The notes beneath the pieces are model-generated. The model ran no database searches. It was not told the DNA's origin and was given only the letters and a program-made list of their open reading frames with translations. A stretch of 64,000 bases of DNA from positions 7,484-71,483 of the forward strand of contig JALONP010000004.1 in the NCBI GenBank assembly GCA_025454875.1. Direction: 5' to 3'. The DNA is from Bacteroidia bacterium (GTDB lineage Bacteria; Bacteroidota; Bacteroidia; UKL13-3). Positions 10,430 to 20,200 of this stretch are shown in pieces; positions within the stretch are counted from its first letter, which is position 1, and every line of letters starts with the position of its first letter. Position numbers and translations under genes: made by a program.

Positions 10430-11371
10430 ATGAAAAATCCTTTTGCAATAGCAGTACATGGTGGTGCAGGAACCATCCTCAAATCTACCATGACACCAGA
10501 AAAAGAATTGCTTTACAAGCAAGGGTTAACACAAGCCATTGAGGCAGGAAATGCATTGTTATCTGAAGGAAAAAGTAGCTTAGATGCTGTTGAAGCTGCT
10601 GTGATTGCTCTTGAAAACTTTCCGTTGTTTAATGCAGGTAAAGGTGCTGTGTTTACCAATAAAGGTACGCACGAAATGGATGCAAGTATAATGAACGGGC
10701 AAACGCTGGAAGCAGGCGCTGTAAGTGGAATCAGTAAAATAAAAAACCCAATAGCGTTAGCCAGAGTGATTATGGACAAAAGCGGACATGTGTTTTTAGC
10801 AGGAACTGACGCTGAAATGTTTGCACAACAAATGGGCTTTGCCTTTGAACCAGAAACCTATTTTTTTGAAGAGACCCGCTTTAAGCAGTGGCAAGAAGTC
10901 AAGGATTCGCACGGATACCAACTTGATCATAGTGGACAACACGGTGAGGGAAAAAAATTTGGAACAGTAGGTGCTGTTGCAATCGATCAGTATGGAAATT
11001 TAGCTGCTGCAACCTCAACTGGTGGTATGACAAACAAACGATTTGGTCGAATTGGCGATTCACCCGTTATTGGTGCTGGAACATATGCCAATAACCAAAC
11101 TTGCGCCATTAGTTGCACTGGACATGGAGAGTATTTTATACGTGCGGTAGTAGCTTATGATATCAGTTGTTTAATGGAATACAAGGGCTACACCTTAAAA
11201 CAAGCTTGTGATTATGTGGTAAAAGATAAGTTGGTAAAATTTGGAGGAGAAGGCGGGCTAATTGCAATTGATAAATTTGGGAATATTGAACTTCCCTTTA
11301 ACAGTGAAGGAATGTACCGCGCTTGTAAAAAAAATGGCGAAGAAACTGTTGTGAAGATTTACGAAGATTAG
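10430..11371 (+). CDS. iaaA: Isoaspartyl dipeptidase / L-asparaginase, plant-type Ntn-hydrolase.
   Basis: 'AIAVHGGAGTI', the autoproteolytic-site region 'GTVGAVAIDQYGNLAAATSTGGMTNKRFGRIGDSPVIGAGTYA', 313 aa. Confidence 0.85.
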   Translation: MKNPFAIAVHGGAGTILKSTMTPEKELLYKQGLTQAIEAGNALLSEGKSSLDAVEAAVIALENFPLFNAGKGAVFTNKGTHEMDASIMNGQTLEAGAVSGISKIKNPIALARVIMDKSGHVFLAGTDAEMFAQQMGFAFEPETYFFEETRFKQWQEVKDSHGYQLDHSGQHGEGKKFGTVGAVAIDQYGNLAAATSTGGMTNKRFGRIGDSPVIGAGTYANNQTCAISCTGHGEYFIRAVVAYDISCLMEYKGYTLKQACDYVVKDKLVKFGGEGGLIAIDKFGNIELPFNSEGMYRACKKNGEETVVKIYED

Positions 11372-11373
11372 GG

Positions 11374-12243
11374 TTAAATAGCTACCGTCTCACTCGCAAT
11401 AAAACGCCTTTCTTTGAGAAGGTATTGATTGCCACGAACCAATATATTTACTCTTAAGTTTTCTACGGCTATTGGCTCACCCATGCTTACTTCTGTGATA
11501 TTGCTATGGCGAATATCCTTTCCATCAACAATAACCACTGCACCACTTCCTACTACTTCCAAGTGATTTCCTGAAGTTACAATTACTCCAGTATCTTCAC
11601 CCAAGCCAATACCCGTGCATTGAGGGTTGCTCGCAACCGCTTGTGCCAATCGGTTAAACCTGCCTCTTTTATCAAAATGAGAATCAATAATCACATTGCC
11701 AATAAATGCGAGACCTGTGGTAATTTTAACTTCACCCTTAAGGTGCGCCAATTCACTTTTACCTTGAAAAATCATGGTATTGCTCATGGCCATTGCGCCA
11801 GCACTTGTTCCAGCTATTACAAATCCTTGTTCATGCATGTACCTATCATGTAGAATATTGTAAATATCACTCCCGCCAAATATACTGGTAAGCCTGAGCT
11901 GGTCTCCTCCGCTAAACATCACGCCATCTGCTTCCTTAATTCGACTTATATAGTCTTCGATAAATACATCTTCTCGCTTTCGAATATCAATTACACCCAC
12001 ATTGGTGCATCCAATTTTGCCAAAAGCGCTCAGGTAGTTTTCACCAACTTCAGCCGGAATCGAAGACGCTGTAGTAATCACCTCTATTCGTTTATCGGTA
12101 CCACCAACTTCGTTAACCAAACGTTTTAAAATTCCAAGTTCAAAAAAGTTTAAACGGTTACGCTCAATAAAACCTTGTTCAAGGTCTGTGCCTTTGTCTT
12201 CTGCCCCCCCAACTGAAATCAGTTTGCCTTTAGGTAATTCCAA
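11374..12243 (-). CDS. cphB: Cyanophycinase, peptidase S51.
   Basis: S51 fold motifs 'GGAEDKG', 'SGGDQLRL', 'IAGTSAGAMAMS' with the catalytic Ser. 289 aa. Lies between cphA and iaaA. Confidence 0.85.
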   Translation of the reverse strand: MELPKGKLISVGGAEDKGTDLEQGFIERNRLNFFELGILKRLVNEVGGTDKRIEVITTASSIPAEVGENYLSAFGKIGCTNVGVIDIRKREDVFIEDYISRIKEADGVMFSGGDQLRLTSIFGGSDIYNILHDRYMHEQGFVIAGTSAGAMAMSNTMIFQGKSELAHLKGEVKITTGLAFIGNVIIDSHFDKRGRFNRLAQAVASNPQCTGIGLGEDTGVIVTSGNHLEVVGSGAVVIVDGKDIRHSNITEVSMGEPIAVENLRVNILVRGNQYLLKERRFIASETVAI

Positions 12244-12435
12244 TGTTATTCTTTGATTAATTCTTCGGCTTCAAATATAAAAGCACTTCGCATTGTGCCA
12301 AACCTTATCATCATATTTTACTCCCAAGGTTGATGTGGGAAACAGGAATAAACATGACAATTGTTAGTTTTTTTAAATATTTTATGTAAAATGCATTTTG
12401 ATAACATTGGCAAAAGGCATTTAAATCAAATTACT

Positions 12436-15090
12436 ATGAAAATATTAGACATTAAAGTGATGCGTGGTCCCAACTACTGGAGCGTTCGCAGGCATAAGTT
12501 AATACAAATGCGTTTGGATTTGGAGGAGATGGAGCAATTACCAACAAATAAAATTCCAGGTTTTAGGGAGCGATTGGAAAAAATGTTTCCTACGATGTAT
12601 GGGCACCGGTGTTCAGTAGGTACGCCTGGTGGTTTTTTTAAACGTGTAGATGATGGCACTTGGATGGGGCATGTAATTGAGCATATTGCCTTGGAATTAC
12701 AAACACTTGCGGGAATGTTTTGTGGTTTTGGCCGAACAAGAAGTACAGGCAAAGAAGGTGTATACAATGTTGTATTCAGTTATATGGAAGAAAAGGCTGG
12801 CATTTACACAGCTAAAGCGGCTGTTCGTATTGCTGAAGCATTGATTGCAGGCAATGATTATGATTTGGCCGAAGACATTCAAAATTTACGCGAAATAAGA
12901 GAAGAAGAACGATTAGGTCCAAGTACAGGTTGCATTGTTGATGAAGCAGTTGCGAGGGGAATTCCGTTTATTCGGTTAAACAAGCACTCACTTGTACAGT
13001 TAGGTTATGGTGTCAATCAACGTAGAATCAGAGCAACGATTGCAAGCACTACGGGGAGTATTGCTGTAGATATTGCATGCGACAAAGAAGAGACCAAAAA
13101 CCTATTGGAAGCAGCGGAAATTCCTGTTCCTCGCGGACGAATTGTGTATAGTGAAGAGGGGCTGAAAGAAGCAATTGACCGAATCAAATACCCAATTGTA
13201 ACAAAACCTGTAGATGGGAATCATGGCAAAGGAGCCACCACCAATATTTTAACTTGGGAAGATGCCGTGCGTGGACTAGAAGCGGCAAAAAAATATTCTA
13301 GGGGAGTTATTGTTGAAAAATTCATCACAGGTCAAGACCACCGAGTATTGGTCATCAACTACAAATTTGTAGCGGCAGCAATACGCAAACCAGCTGCCGT
13401 TAAGGGAGATGGTAGCAGTAGTATTCAGCAATTAATAGATAAAGTAAACGAAGACCCAAGAAGGGGATACGGACATGAAAAGACCTTAACCCAAATAAAG
13501 GTTGATGAGTTTACCTTAGATATTCTTTCAAAGAAAGGCCTGTCATTAGATAGCATCTTGCCGCAAGGGGAAGAACTCTTTTTAAAGCCTACTGCAAACC
13601 TAAGCACAGGAGGAACTGCAACAGATGTTACCGATATGGTGCATCCAGACAATATCTTTATGTGCGAACGCATTGCCCGTATTATTGGATTGGATATCTG
13701 TGGTATCGATATTATGGCCGAAAATTTAACAGAGCCTGTATCGCAAACAGGAGGTGCAATATTAGAGGTAAATGCCGCTCCTGGATTCCGTATGCACATT
13801 GACCCTGCTGAAGGTTTGCCGCGCAATATTGCAGAGCCTGTTATTGATATGTTGTACCCTCCGGGAAGCACTGCCCGTATTCCCATTATAGCAGTAACTG
13901 GAACCAATGGCAAAACCACAACAACACGCTTAATGGCGCATATGGTTAAAACCATGGGACATAAAGTCGGCTACACCACTACAGATGGTGTGTATATTCA
14001 GAACCAATTAATGATGCGGGGTGATTGTACAGGACCAGTAAGTGCAGAGTTTGTGCTTAAAGACCCAACAGTAGATTTTGCTGTGCTTGAGAGTGCACGT
14101 GGTGGAATACTAAGAGCAGGACTGGGTTTTCACAATTGTGATATAGCCATTGTGACCAATATTGCCGAAGATCATTTAGGCTTACAAGATATTGATACCA
14201 TTGAACAATTGGCGCGAGTTAAAGCCGTAGTGCCAGATAGTGTGTTGCCCAGTGGATATACCATATTAAATGCTGACAACAAATGGACTGCTGGCATGGC
14301 AAAAGGCCTTGCATGCAAGGTTGCATACTTTAGCATGGACGAAAATAATCCGATCATCAAAGAACATATTAACAAAGGAGGATTGGCTGCCATTTATGAA
14401 AATGGTTATGTAACCATTTGCAAAGGCACATGGAAAATTAGGGTAGAAAAAGCTGTGAACATACCCCTCACGTTTGGAGGCAGGGCAGCATACAATATTG
14501 CCAATGTATTGCCAACGTTATTAGCTGGGTTTATTCGTAATTTTAAAGTAGAAGACATGCGTGTTGCACTGGCAACTTTTATCCCTGGACCAGCTCAAAC
14601 TCCAGGACGCATGAATATTTTTAGGTTCAAACATTTTGAGGTAATGGTTGATTACGCTCACAATACTGCAGGGTTTGAAGCAATTGGCGACATGTTGAGT
14701 AAGATAGAAGCAAAGCATGTTGGCATAATCGCTGGAGTAGGCGATAGACGTGATGAAGACACAATTGCTTTGGGCGCACAAGCAGCAAAAATGTTTGATG
14801 AAATAATCATCAGGCAAGATAAAAATTTACGCGGGCGCACCGAAGATGAAATCATTGCACTCATTACAACGGGTATCAAACAAATAGATCCAACAAAAAA
14901 GATCACCCTCTTTAAAAAAGAACGCGATGCCATTGATTTTGCAATCAAAAATGCACGCAAAGGAACATTTCTGACCATTTGTAGCGATGTAGTACCCGAT
15001 GCATTGGACCAAATAATGAAGTTGAAAGAACAAGAAGATATAGGTGAAATAGAATTAGGATTAGAAGAGACTTCGTCTTTATCAAAATAG
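12436..15090 (+). CDS. cphA: Cyanophycin synthetase. The start is taken at the internal Met 'MKILDIKVM', not the longer track ORF from 12361.
   Basis: The N-terminus 'MKILDIKVMRGPNYWS' is characteristic of CphA. An ATP-grasp domain and a C-terminal Mur-ligase-like domain ('GTNGKTTTTRL') are present. About 884 aa. Confidence 0.9.
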   Translation: MKILDIKVMRGPNYWSVRRHKLIQMRLDLEEMEQLPTNKIPGFRERLEKMFPTMYGHRCSVGTPGGFFKRVDDGTWMGHVIEHIALELQTLAGMFCGFGRTRSTGKEGVYNVVFSYMEEKAGIYTAKAAVRIAEALIAGNDYDLAEDIQNLREIREEERLGPSTGCIVDEAVARGIPFIRLNKHSLVQLGYGVNQRRIRATIASTTGSIAVDIACDKEETKNLLEAAEIPVPRGRIVYSEEGLKEAIDRIKYPIVTKPVDGNHGKGATTNILTWEDAVRGLEAAKKYSRGVIVEKFITGQDHRVLVINYKFVAAAIRKPAAVKGDGSSSIQQLIDKVNEDPRRGYGHEKTLTQIKVDEFTLDILSKKGLSLDSILPQGEELFLKPTANLSTGGTATDVTDMVHPDNIFMCERIARIIGLDICGIDIMAENLTEPVSQTGGAILEVNAAPGFRMHIDPAEGLPRNIAEPVIDMLYPPGSTARIPIIAVTGTNGKTTTTRLMAHMVKTMGHKVGYTTTDGVYIQNQLMMRGDCTGPVSAEFVLKDPTVDFAVLESARGGILRAGLGFHNCDIAIVTNIAEDHLGLQDIDTIEQLARVKAVVPDSVLPSGYTILNADNKWTAGMAKGLACKVAYFSMDENNPIIKEHINKGGLAAIYENGYVTICKGTWKIRVEKAVNIPLTFGGRAAYNIANVLPTLLAGFIRNFKVEDMRVALATFIPGPAQTPGRMNIFRFKHFEVMVDYAHNTAGFEAIGDMLSKIEAKHVGIIAGVGDRRDEDTIALGAQAAKMFDEIIIRQDKNLRGRTEDEIIALITTGIKQIDPTKKITLFKKERDAIDFAIKNARKGTFLTICSDVVPDALDQIMKLKEQEDIGEIELGLEETSSLSK

Positions 15091-15232
15091 TAATTTATTG
15101 CATTGTTTTACATTCAAACTAACATCAAATAAGAATTGACGGAAAATAAAGAGCTATGCTTAAGAAACTTTTCAATGAGTTCTTTGTTATTGGTAATTTT
15201 TATTTAGTTTTGAGTTTTTAAAACCAACTCAA

Positions 15233-15847
15233 ATGAAAAAAAACCTTATTTTAGCCTTAGCCCTTGGCTTTTGTGGAATCAAAGCCATTAAGGCACAAAC
15301 CCATGATGTGAGCTTGAACATTGCTCCCATCGTATTTTCAAACTACAGCGTTAATTACATGTTCAATTTTACCGATGAAATGTCGGTTGGTTCTGTTATT
15401 GGTTACCAAAACATCACCATTGATGATCCTACAGTTGCTGGCGGAGAAATCAAGTACACTGGTTTTTACCTTGCACCTGAGTTTAGATATTACTTCAACC
15501 CTGATGAAGGAAATGATAAGTTCTATGCTGGAGGTTACCTTAAGTATCGAAACGCAGGTACCTCAGGCGACATCTATACTGGTTTTTTAGCTGATGGCTC
15601 ATTAGTAAATTATGATGTTAAAAATAACGGTGTAGCATTAGGTATTGTTTTTGGTAAATTATGGCAAACACGTGTAGGATTAAACTTCACCCTTTGGAGT
15701 GGCGTGGGTTATTACTTATTTGATAATGAAAGTTATACAAACAATTACGACCCAGACAAGGATCCTAATTTGATTACTATTAATTCAAACTTACCTTCAC
15801 TCGACTTCCGTTTTGGTGTTAACGTAGGTTACCGTATCGGAAACTAA
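15233..15847 (+). CDS. Hypothetical secreted protein, probably an outer-membrane beta-barrel.
   Basis: Signal peptide 'MKKNLILALALGFCGIKAIKAQ', alternating aromatic/hydrophilic beta-strand pattern, C-terminal '...GYRIGN'. Confidence 0.45.
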   Translation: MKKNLILALALGFCGIKAIKAQTHDVSLNIAPIVFSNYSVNYMFNFTDEMSVGSVIGYQNITIDDPTVAGGEIKYTGFYLAPEFRYYFNPDEGNDKFYAGGYLKYRNAGTSGDIYTGFLADGSLVNYDVKNNGVALGIVFGKLWQTRVGLNFTLWSGVGYYLFDNESYTNNYDPDKDPNLITINSNLPSLDFRFGVNVGYRIGN

Positions 15848-15894
15848 ACCTAACAAAACAGCTTATTGGGGCATTTTATATTCAATACTAAAAT

Positions 15895-16575
15895 ATGAAA
15901 ACCTTCAGTAAGCTGTTTTTTGTTTCATTTGTAATTGTCTTCTTCCCAATTAATGCTTCTTCTTTTTGGTTTAATTTAAGGTCAAATAAAGCCAGCTCAG
16001 ATCCTAAAATCTTAGGCTGCAAAAATTGGGAAAGCGTAGGCATCATTTCTTCTGATAGCGTGCTTGCAAATGCACAAAGTTTAGGCTTGGTTATGGGTCA
16101 AGCCACCGGTAAATCTGATAAAACATCCTTACTCTTATTGCAAAGCATCCAAATACAAGCTGCCATGATTGGCGGAAATTATATTAGGTTGATGCCTATT
16201 TTAGCTCCAGAAAAAAAAGCCATTTTAACCCAATATGCAGAAGTCCTCATAACGAACAAGCCCACACTTCAACAAATTGAATCTGGCGAATATGAGGTAA
16301 GGGGAATCTATGAATACCATAGGACCGAAGCGAATCGGAATTATCCTAAAAAAATCGATGACTTACCAAGTTCATTAACAATTAATAAAGAGCTGATTAA
16401 AGAAGAGAAAAATGGAATCCTAAATATTCCTTTAAAAATTTATGGTGTTCCCTACTTGATATTTTCTTACCAAATCATCTCTGCATCAGAATCAAGTATA
16501 GTCCTAACAGCCAAAGTTCAAAGGGGTTCACGAATTATACTTTACAATATCTTTCTTCAAAAAACCAATTCTTAG
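15895..16575 (+). CDS. Hypothetical secreted protein.
   Basis: 226 aa with an N-terminal signal-like hydrophobic segment; no known motif. Confidence 0.4.
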   Translation: MKTFSKLFFVSFVIVFFPINASSFWFNLRSNKASSDPKILGCKNWESVGIISSDSVLANAQSLGLVMGQATGKSDKTSLLLLQSIQIQAAMIGGNYIRLMPILAPEKKAILTQYAEVLITNKPTLQQIESGEYEVRGIYEYHRTEANRNYPKKIDDLPSSLTINKELIKEEKNGILNIPLKIYGVPYLIFSYQIISASESSIVLTAKVQRGSRIILYNIFLQKTNS

Positions 16576-16582
16576 CCCTAAG

Positions 16583-17128
16583 TTACCCAACAGCAATCCA
16601 ATTGTTTTTATGCAAGGTATAATGAACAGAATCCAAAAAGCGCCCATCAAAAAATAGATTCTCTTTAAAGTGTGCCTCTTTTATAAATCCTGCTTTTAGC
16701 AAAATATGTTGGCTTGTAAAATTATCAGGATCGGTTACTGCTTCAATCGTATGTAAAGTTAAGGTATCAAAGCCGTAGGCAATCAAAGCTTGCAGCGCCT
16801 CTGTCACTAATCCGCGTCCATGATATGAAGCCAACATCATGTATCCCACTTCAGCTCTGAAGTGTTCGAGATAAAGTCGGTAAAACCCCATAATTCCAAT
16901 ACATGTATCGTCACCCTTTAACGTGGCACTCCAGTTTAACTTTGTTTGATTGTTGTTTCCATCTGTAATGAGTTCCCTAGCCTCTAATAAAGAAGAACAT
17001 CTTGGCCTTGGGACATATTTCATCAACTCAAGATTGCTTCTGAGTTCATAAACTGAATAGCAATCCTTAGGTAAAACTGGTCTCAAAAGCATTCGAGCTG
17101 TTTCAATAGTTGGCAACTTATGTTCCAT
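16583..17128 (-). CDS. GNAT family N-acetyltransferase, RimJ/RimL-like.
   Basis: '...TARMLLRPV...' N-terminus and an acetyl-CoA-binding region 'HGRGLVTEALQALIAYGF'. 181 aa. Confidence 0.72.
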   Translation of the reverse strand: MEHKLPTIETARMLLRPVLPKDCYSVYELRSNLELMKYVPRPRCSSLLEARELITDGNNNQTKLNWSATLKGDDTCIGIMGFYRLYLEHFRAEVGYMMLASYHGRGLVTEALQALIAYGFDTLTLHTIEAVTDPDNFTSQHILLKAGFIKEAHFKENLFFDGRFLDSVHYTLHKNNWIAVG

Positions 17129-17252
17129 GAGCAGAATATAATGAAATTGGGATTTGGAAATTTACTTTCATACAAAATTGTCTGTCTGGAAAAAGAAAAG
17201 GGCCTTGGAAAAATTCCAAAGCCCCTTTCATGTTGATTAGTTTAAGAGATTC

Positions 17253-20200
17253 TTATTGTGTTTTCACAACTTTGATGGTAGTTGACTCTTTGCCACTAAC
17301 AGTTAAGAAATAAATACCTGGAGCAAGTTTATCACTTTCAGCAACAGTAACTGTATTTAACCCTTCTTTCACATCAACTTTAGAAGTTGCATATACTTTG
17401 CCTTGCACGTCCATTACAGTATATGTGTAGGTTCCTTCTTCGGCCGCAGTCACATCAAATGAAACCACATTGCTAAATGGATTTGGATAGGCTACAATTC
17501 CAGTTGTTTCATTAGTTGCTTTGCTTACCCTTACGGCTTGTGTGGTATACGATTGTCCGTTGAAGTCAACCTGACGTAAGCGGTAATAAAGTACAGTTGC
17601 GTTTGCATTCGTAAATGCGTTGCGGTCTATATATGCATAGCGTTTGGTGATGTTGGTTGTTCCCGCTCCTTGAACATATCCTACCTTGCGGAAAGTACGA
17701 CCATCTACTGAACGTTCTACCTCAAAGCCAGCATTGTTTAATTCTGAAACAGTAACCCAATTGAGGTGTGCATCAGAGCGAACTGCCGAAGCTTTAAATT
17801 GTGTTAACGTAACAGGCAATGGATTTACGCTCGAATCAGCACCGATACCAAACTCACCTACTACATTCACACCCGTACGCTCAACTACTGGAACTGCATT
17901 GGTTCCTGTATTGACACCAGCAGTGCCGACCAAGCTCCAAGGAGCAATGAAGTTATTTCTACGTATAACTCTTAAGTCTACAAATGAGGTTACTCCAATT
18001 GCGCCTTCAGCAGTAAAGTTTACTGTATAATCTCCTCCAGAGAATCCATTAGCAGTAGTAAATCTCCAATATCCGAAAGGTGAAGCCTTGGTTACAGATA
18101 GCAACCCATCAGTAAGTGGCAAACCATTGTTTCCAGGAGCGGTATTGATAAACCTAGCTGTAATCGTACCTCCTACTGGAGCTGTGGTAAATGTTAGGCT
18201 AGCTGTGTTATTGTTAGCCCCCGTATACAATGGGAAAGTGTAGTTTGTAGTTGTTGCATTTACCCATCTTCTCAAAATACCTTCATACATTGGAGTACCT
18301 AGTAAAGATCCGACATTTGACGTATCAACCCCTAAAGATAAAGTGAAGTTGTTGTTTGTACTATTCAACCTACCCGATATCATTTCGATTGTATCATTTA
18401 CTGAGAAGGTAACAGTACCAGCACTATTAAATGTAACCACCGTGCTATTGTCAATGGTTAACTTTGAGATTGTTTGAGAAGGTACATTGTTCACGGTAAC
18501 TGAACCTCCACCATTAAATACCAACCTGTCATTACCAACTGGTGTTGTGCGCGCTGGCGTCCAATTAGATGCCACGGTGAAATCGGCTGCACTTGTTTGG
18601 TTCCATGTGTAAGTTGTTGCTGGAGGTGTTGGTAAAATGGTAATGGTATAATCTTGCGCCTCTCCAGAACCACCTACTCGGCAAGGATCTGTATTTGGGT
18701 TACCAGAAAAACGTGTCATGATACGCATTCTAACAGGTCCCAACACAGCTGTTGCTGGAACAGTAAAGCTCACCGTGCTTGGAGCAAAACTTGTAGAAGA
18801 CATATTGATATTGGTCATTTCTGTTGGTGAGAAAATTCCATCATCATTAAAGTCAATCCACATATTGATAACCGCATTATTGTCCGTTGTTATCGAAATG
18901 GATTCGGTATTCAATTTGGTTATAGTCGCGGTAGCTGTTGTAGTTGGGTAGTTAATATAATAACCAGGTGCAGTATTAGTAGGTGGATTAAAGTTCATAC
19001 TATTCAAAGTGATATTGGTAATATATGGAGTACCACTAATACTCGGAATACAATAGTTATCGCGTATTTCACGGTTACCGGCAGGAGATGTTACCGCAGG
19101 TGAATGTGGTGCACCACTCAATGTAAATGAGGTACAAGTGGCATCAATCACATTACCACTAACCGAAGAAGCGTCTACATCATAGGTAACCCAAAAATAA
19201 TTGGTGTCATTTGCTAAGGGTTGGAAACCTGTGATAGTATAAGCCATAGCCCCTGGAAGGAAAGGCATTGTATTGCCAAACTGCGTTGTAGGCACAAATA
19301 CCGAACTGTTACCTGTATACCATACTTTCATATTTCTAATATTAGCCGTATCGGTAGTTCCAGTAGCAGTTAGATCAAACTGCGTTAAATTTATAGGAGC
19401 TCCAGTTGAAGAAGTGATAATTGGAATTTGCAAAATTTCATTGTTCGCAGTTCCTTTAGCCACTTTGGTGGTAGCACTGTGGTGTGTGGTTGATCCAACA
19501 TATGTCATTGGCGAAGTAACAACAATGTTACCAGATGGCGATGTAACCGTTGGTATGTAATAGTTACCTATAACTTGGATACTATCCAATTGAGCATCTA
19601 ATAAATTACCCAAACCAGCACCAGCTGCAATATCATAAGCTAACCAATAGTAGGTAGTAGCATTACTTTCCAACGTATCAGTTACCGCAACGGTGAACGA
19701 TCCCGAAGGACTCGCAACTGTTGCAATTAAGTTTGCTGTAGAGAAGGCTGGAACTGTTGTACGGTATACCTTAGCGGCAGCGATATCACTCGCAGAAGTT
19801 GTGCCGTTGGTATTAAACCTAAACTCTGTAATTGTACCTACACCGCATCCATTTGTAGCAACAGGAATTTGAAGCACAATATTGTCAGTTGACGAAGGAG
19901 CTCCTGTAGAAGATGATTGTGAAGTTGTAGAAGAACCATATGCCAATGGAGCGGCATTGATCATTACATCATAGTCTTCTGACTCTCCATATCCATAATC
20001 AGAACATGGGTTGGTAAGCAAACCAGCCCACCAGCTAACTGTTTGACGAACGCGCATACGGGTTAAACCAGGCAAGGCAGAGCATGGAATCGTAAAGCTA
20101 GAGCTGTAATTTGTAAAAGTAGTAGAACCCGTGGTGGCCATTACTTCATTGGCAGTAAATATACCGTCTTGGTTTAAGTCAATCCAAATGGTGTAATACA

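Noticed and set aside
12361-12435. N-terminal 25-aa extension of the cphA ORF ('MLVFLNILCKMHFDNIGKRHLNQIT').
   Set aside because: The canonical CphA N-terminus 'MKILDIKVMRGPN' begins at 12436. The extension overlaps the divergent promoter region.
13425-13955. 176-aa minus-strand ORF.
   Set aside because: It is antisense within cphA. It has no homology features and is a typical shadow ORF of a GC-balanced coding region.
15120-15235. AT-rich hairpin (tttgagtt...aactcaaa) just upstream of ORF 15233.
   Set aside because: It is a weak, AT-only stem with no T-tract in the right orientation, and is probably incidental.
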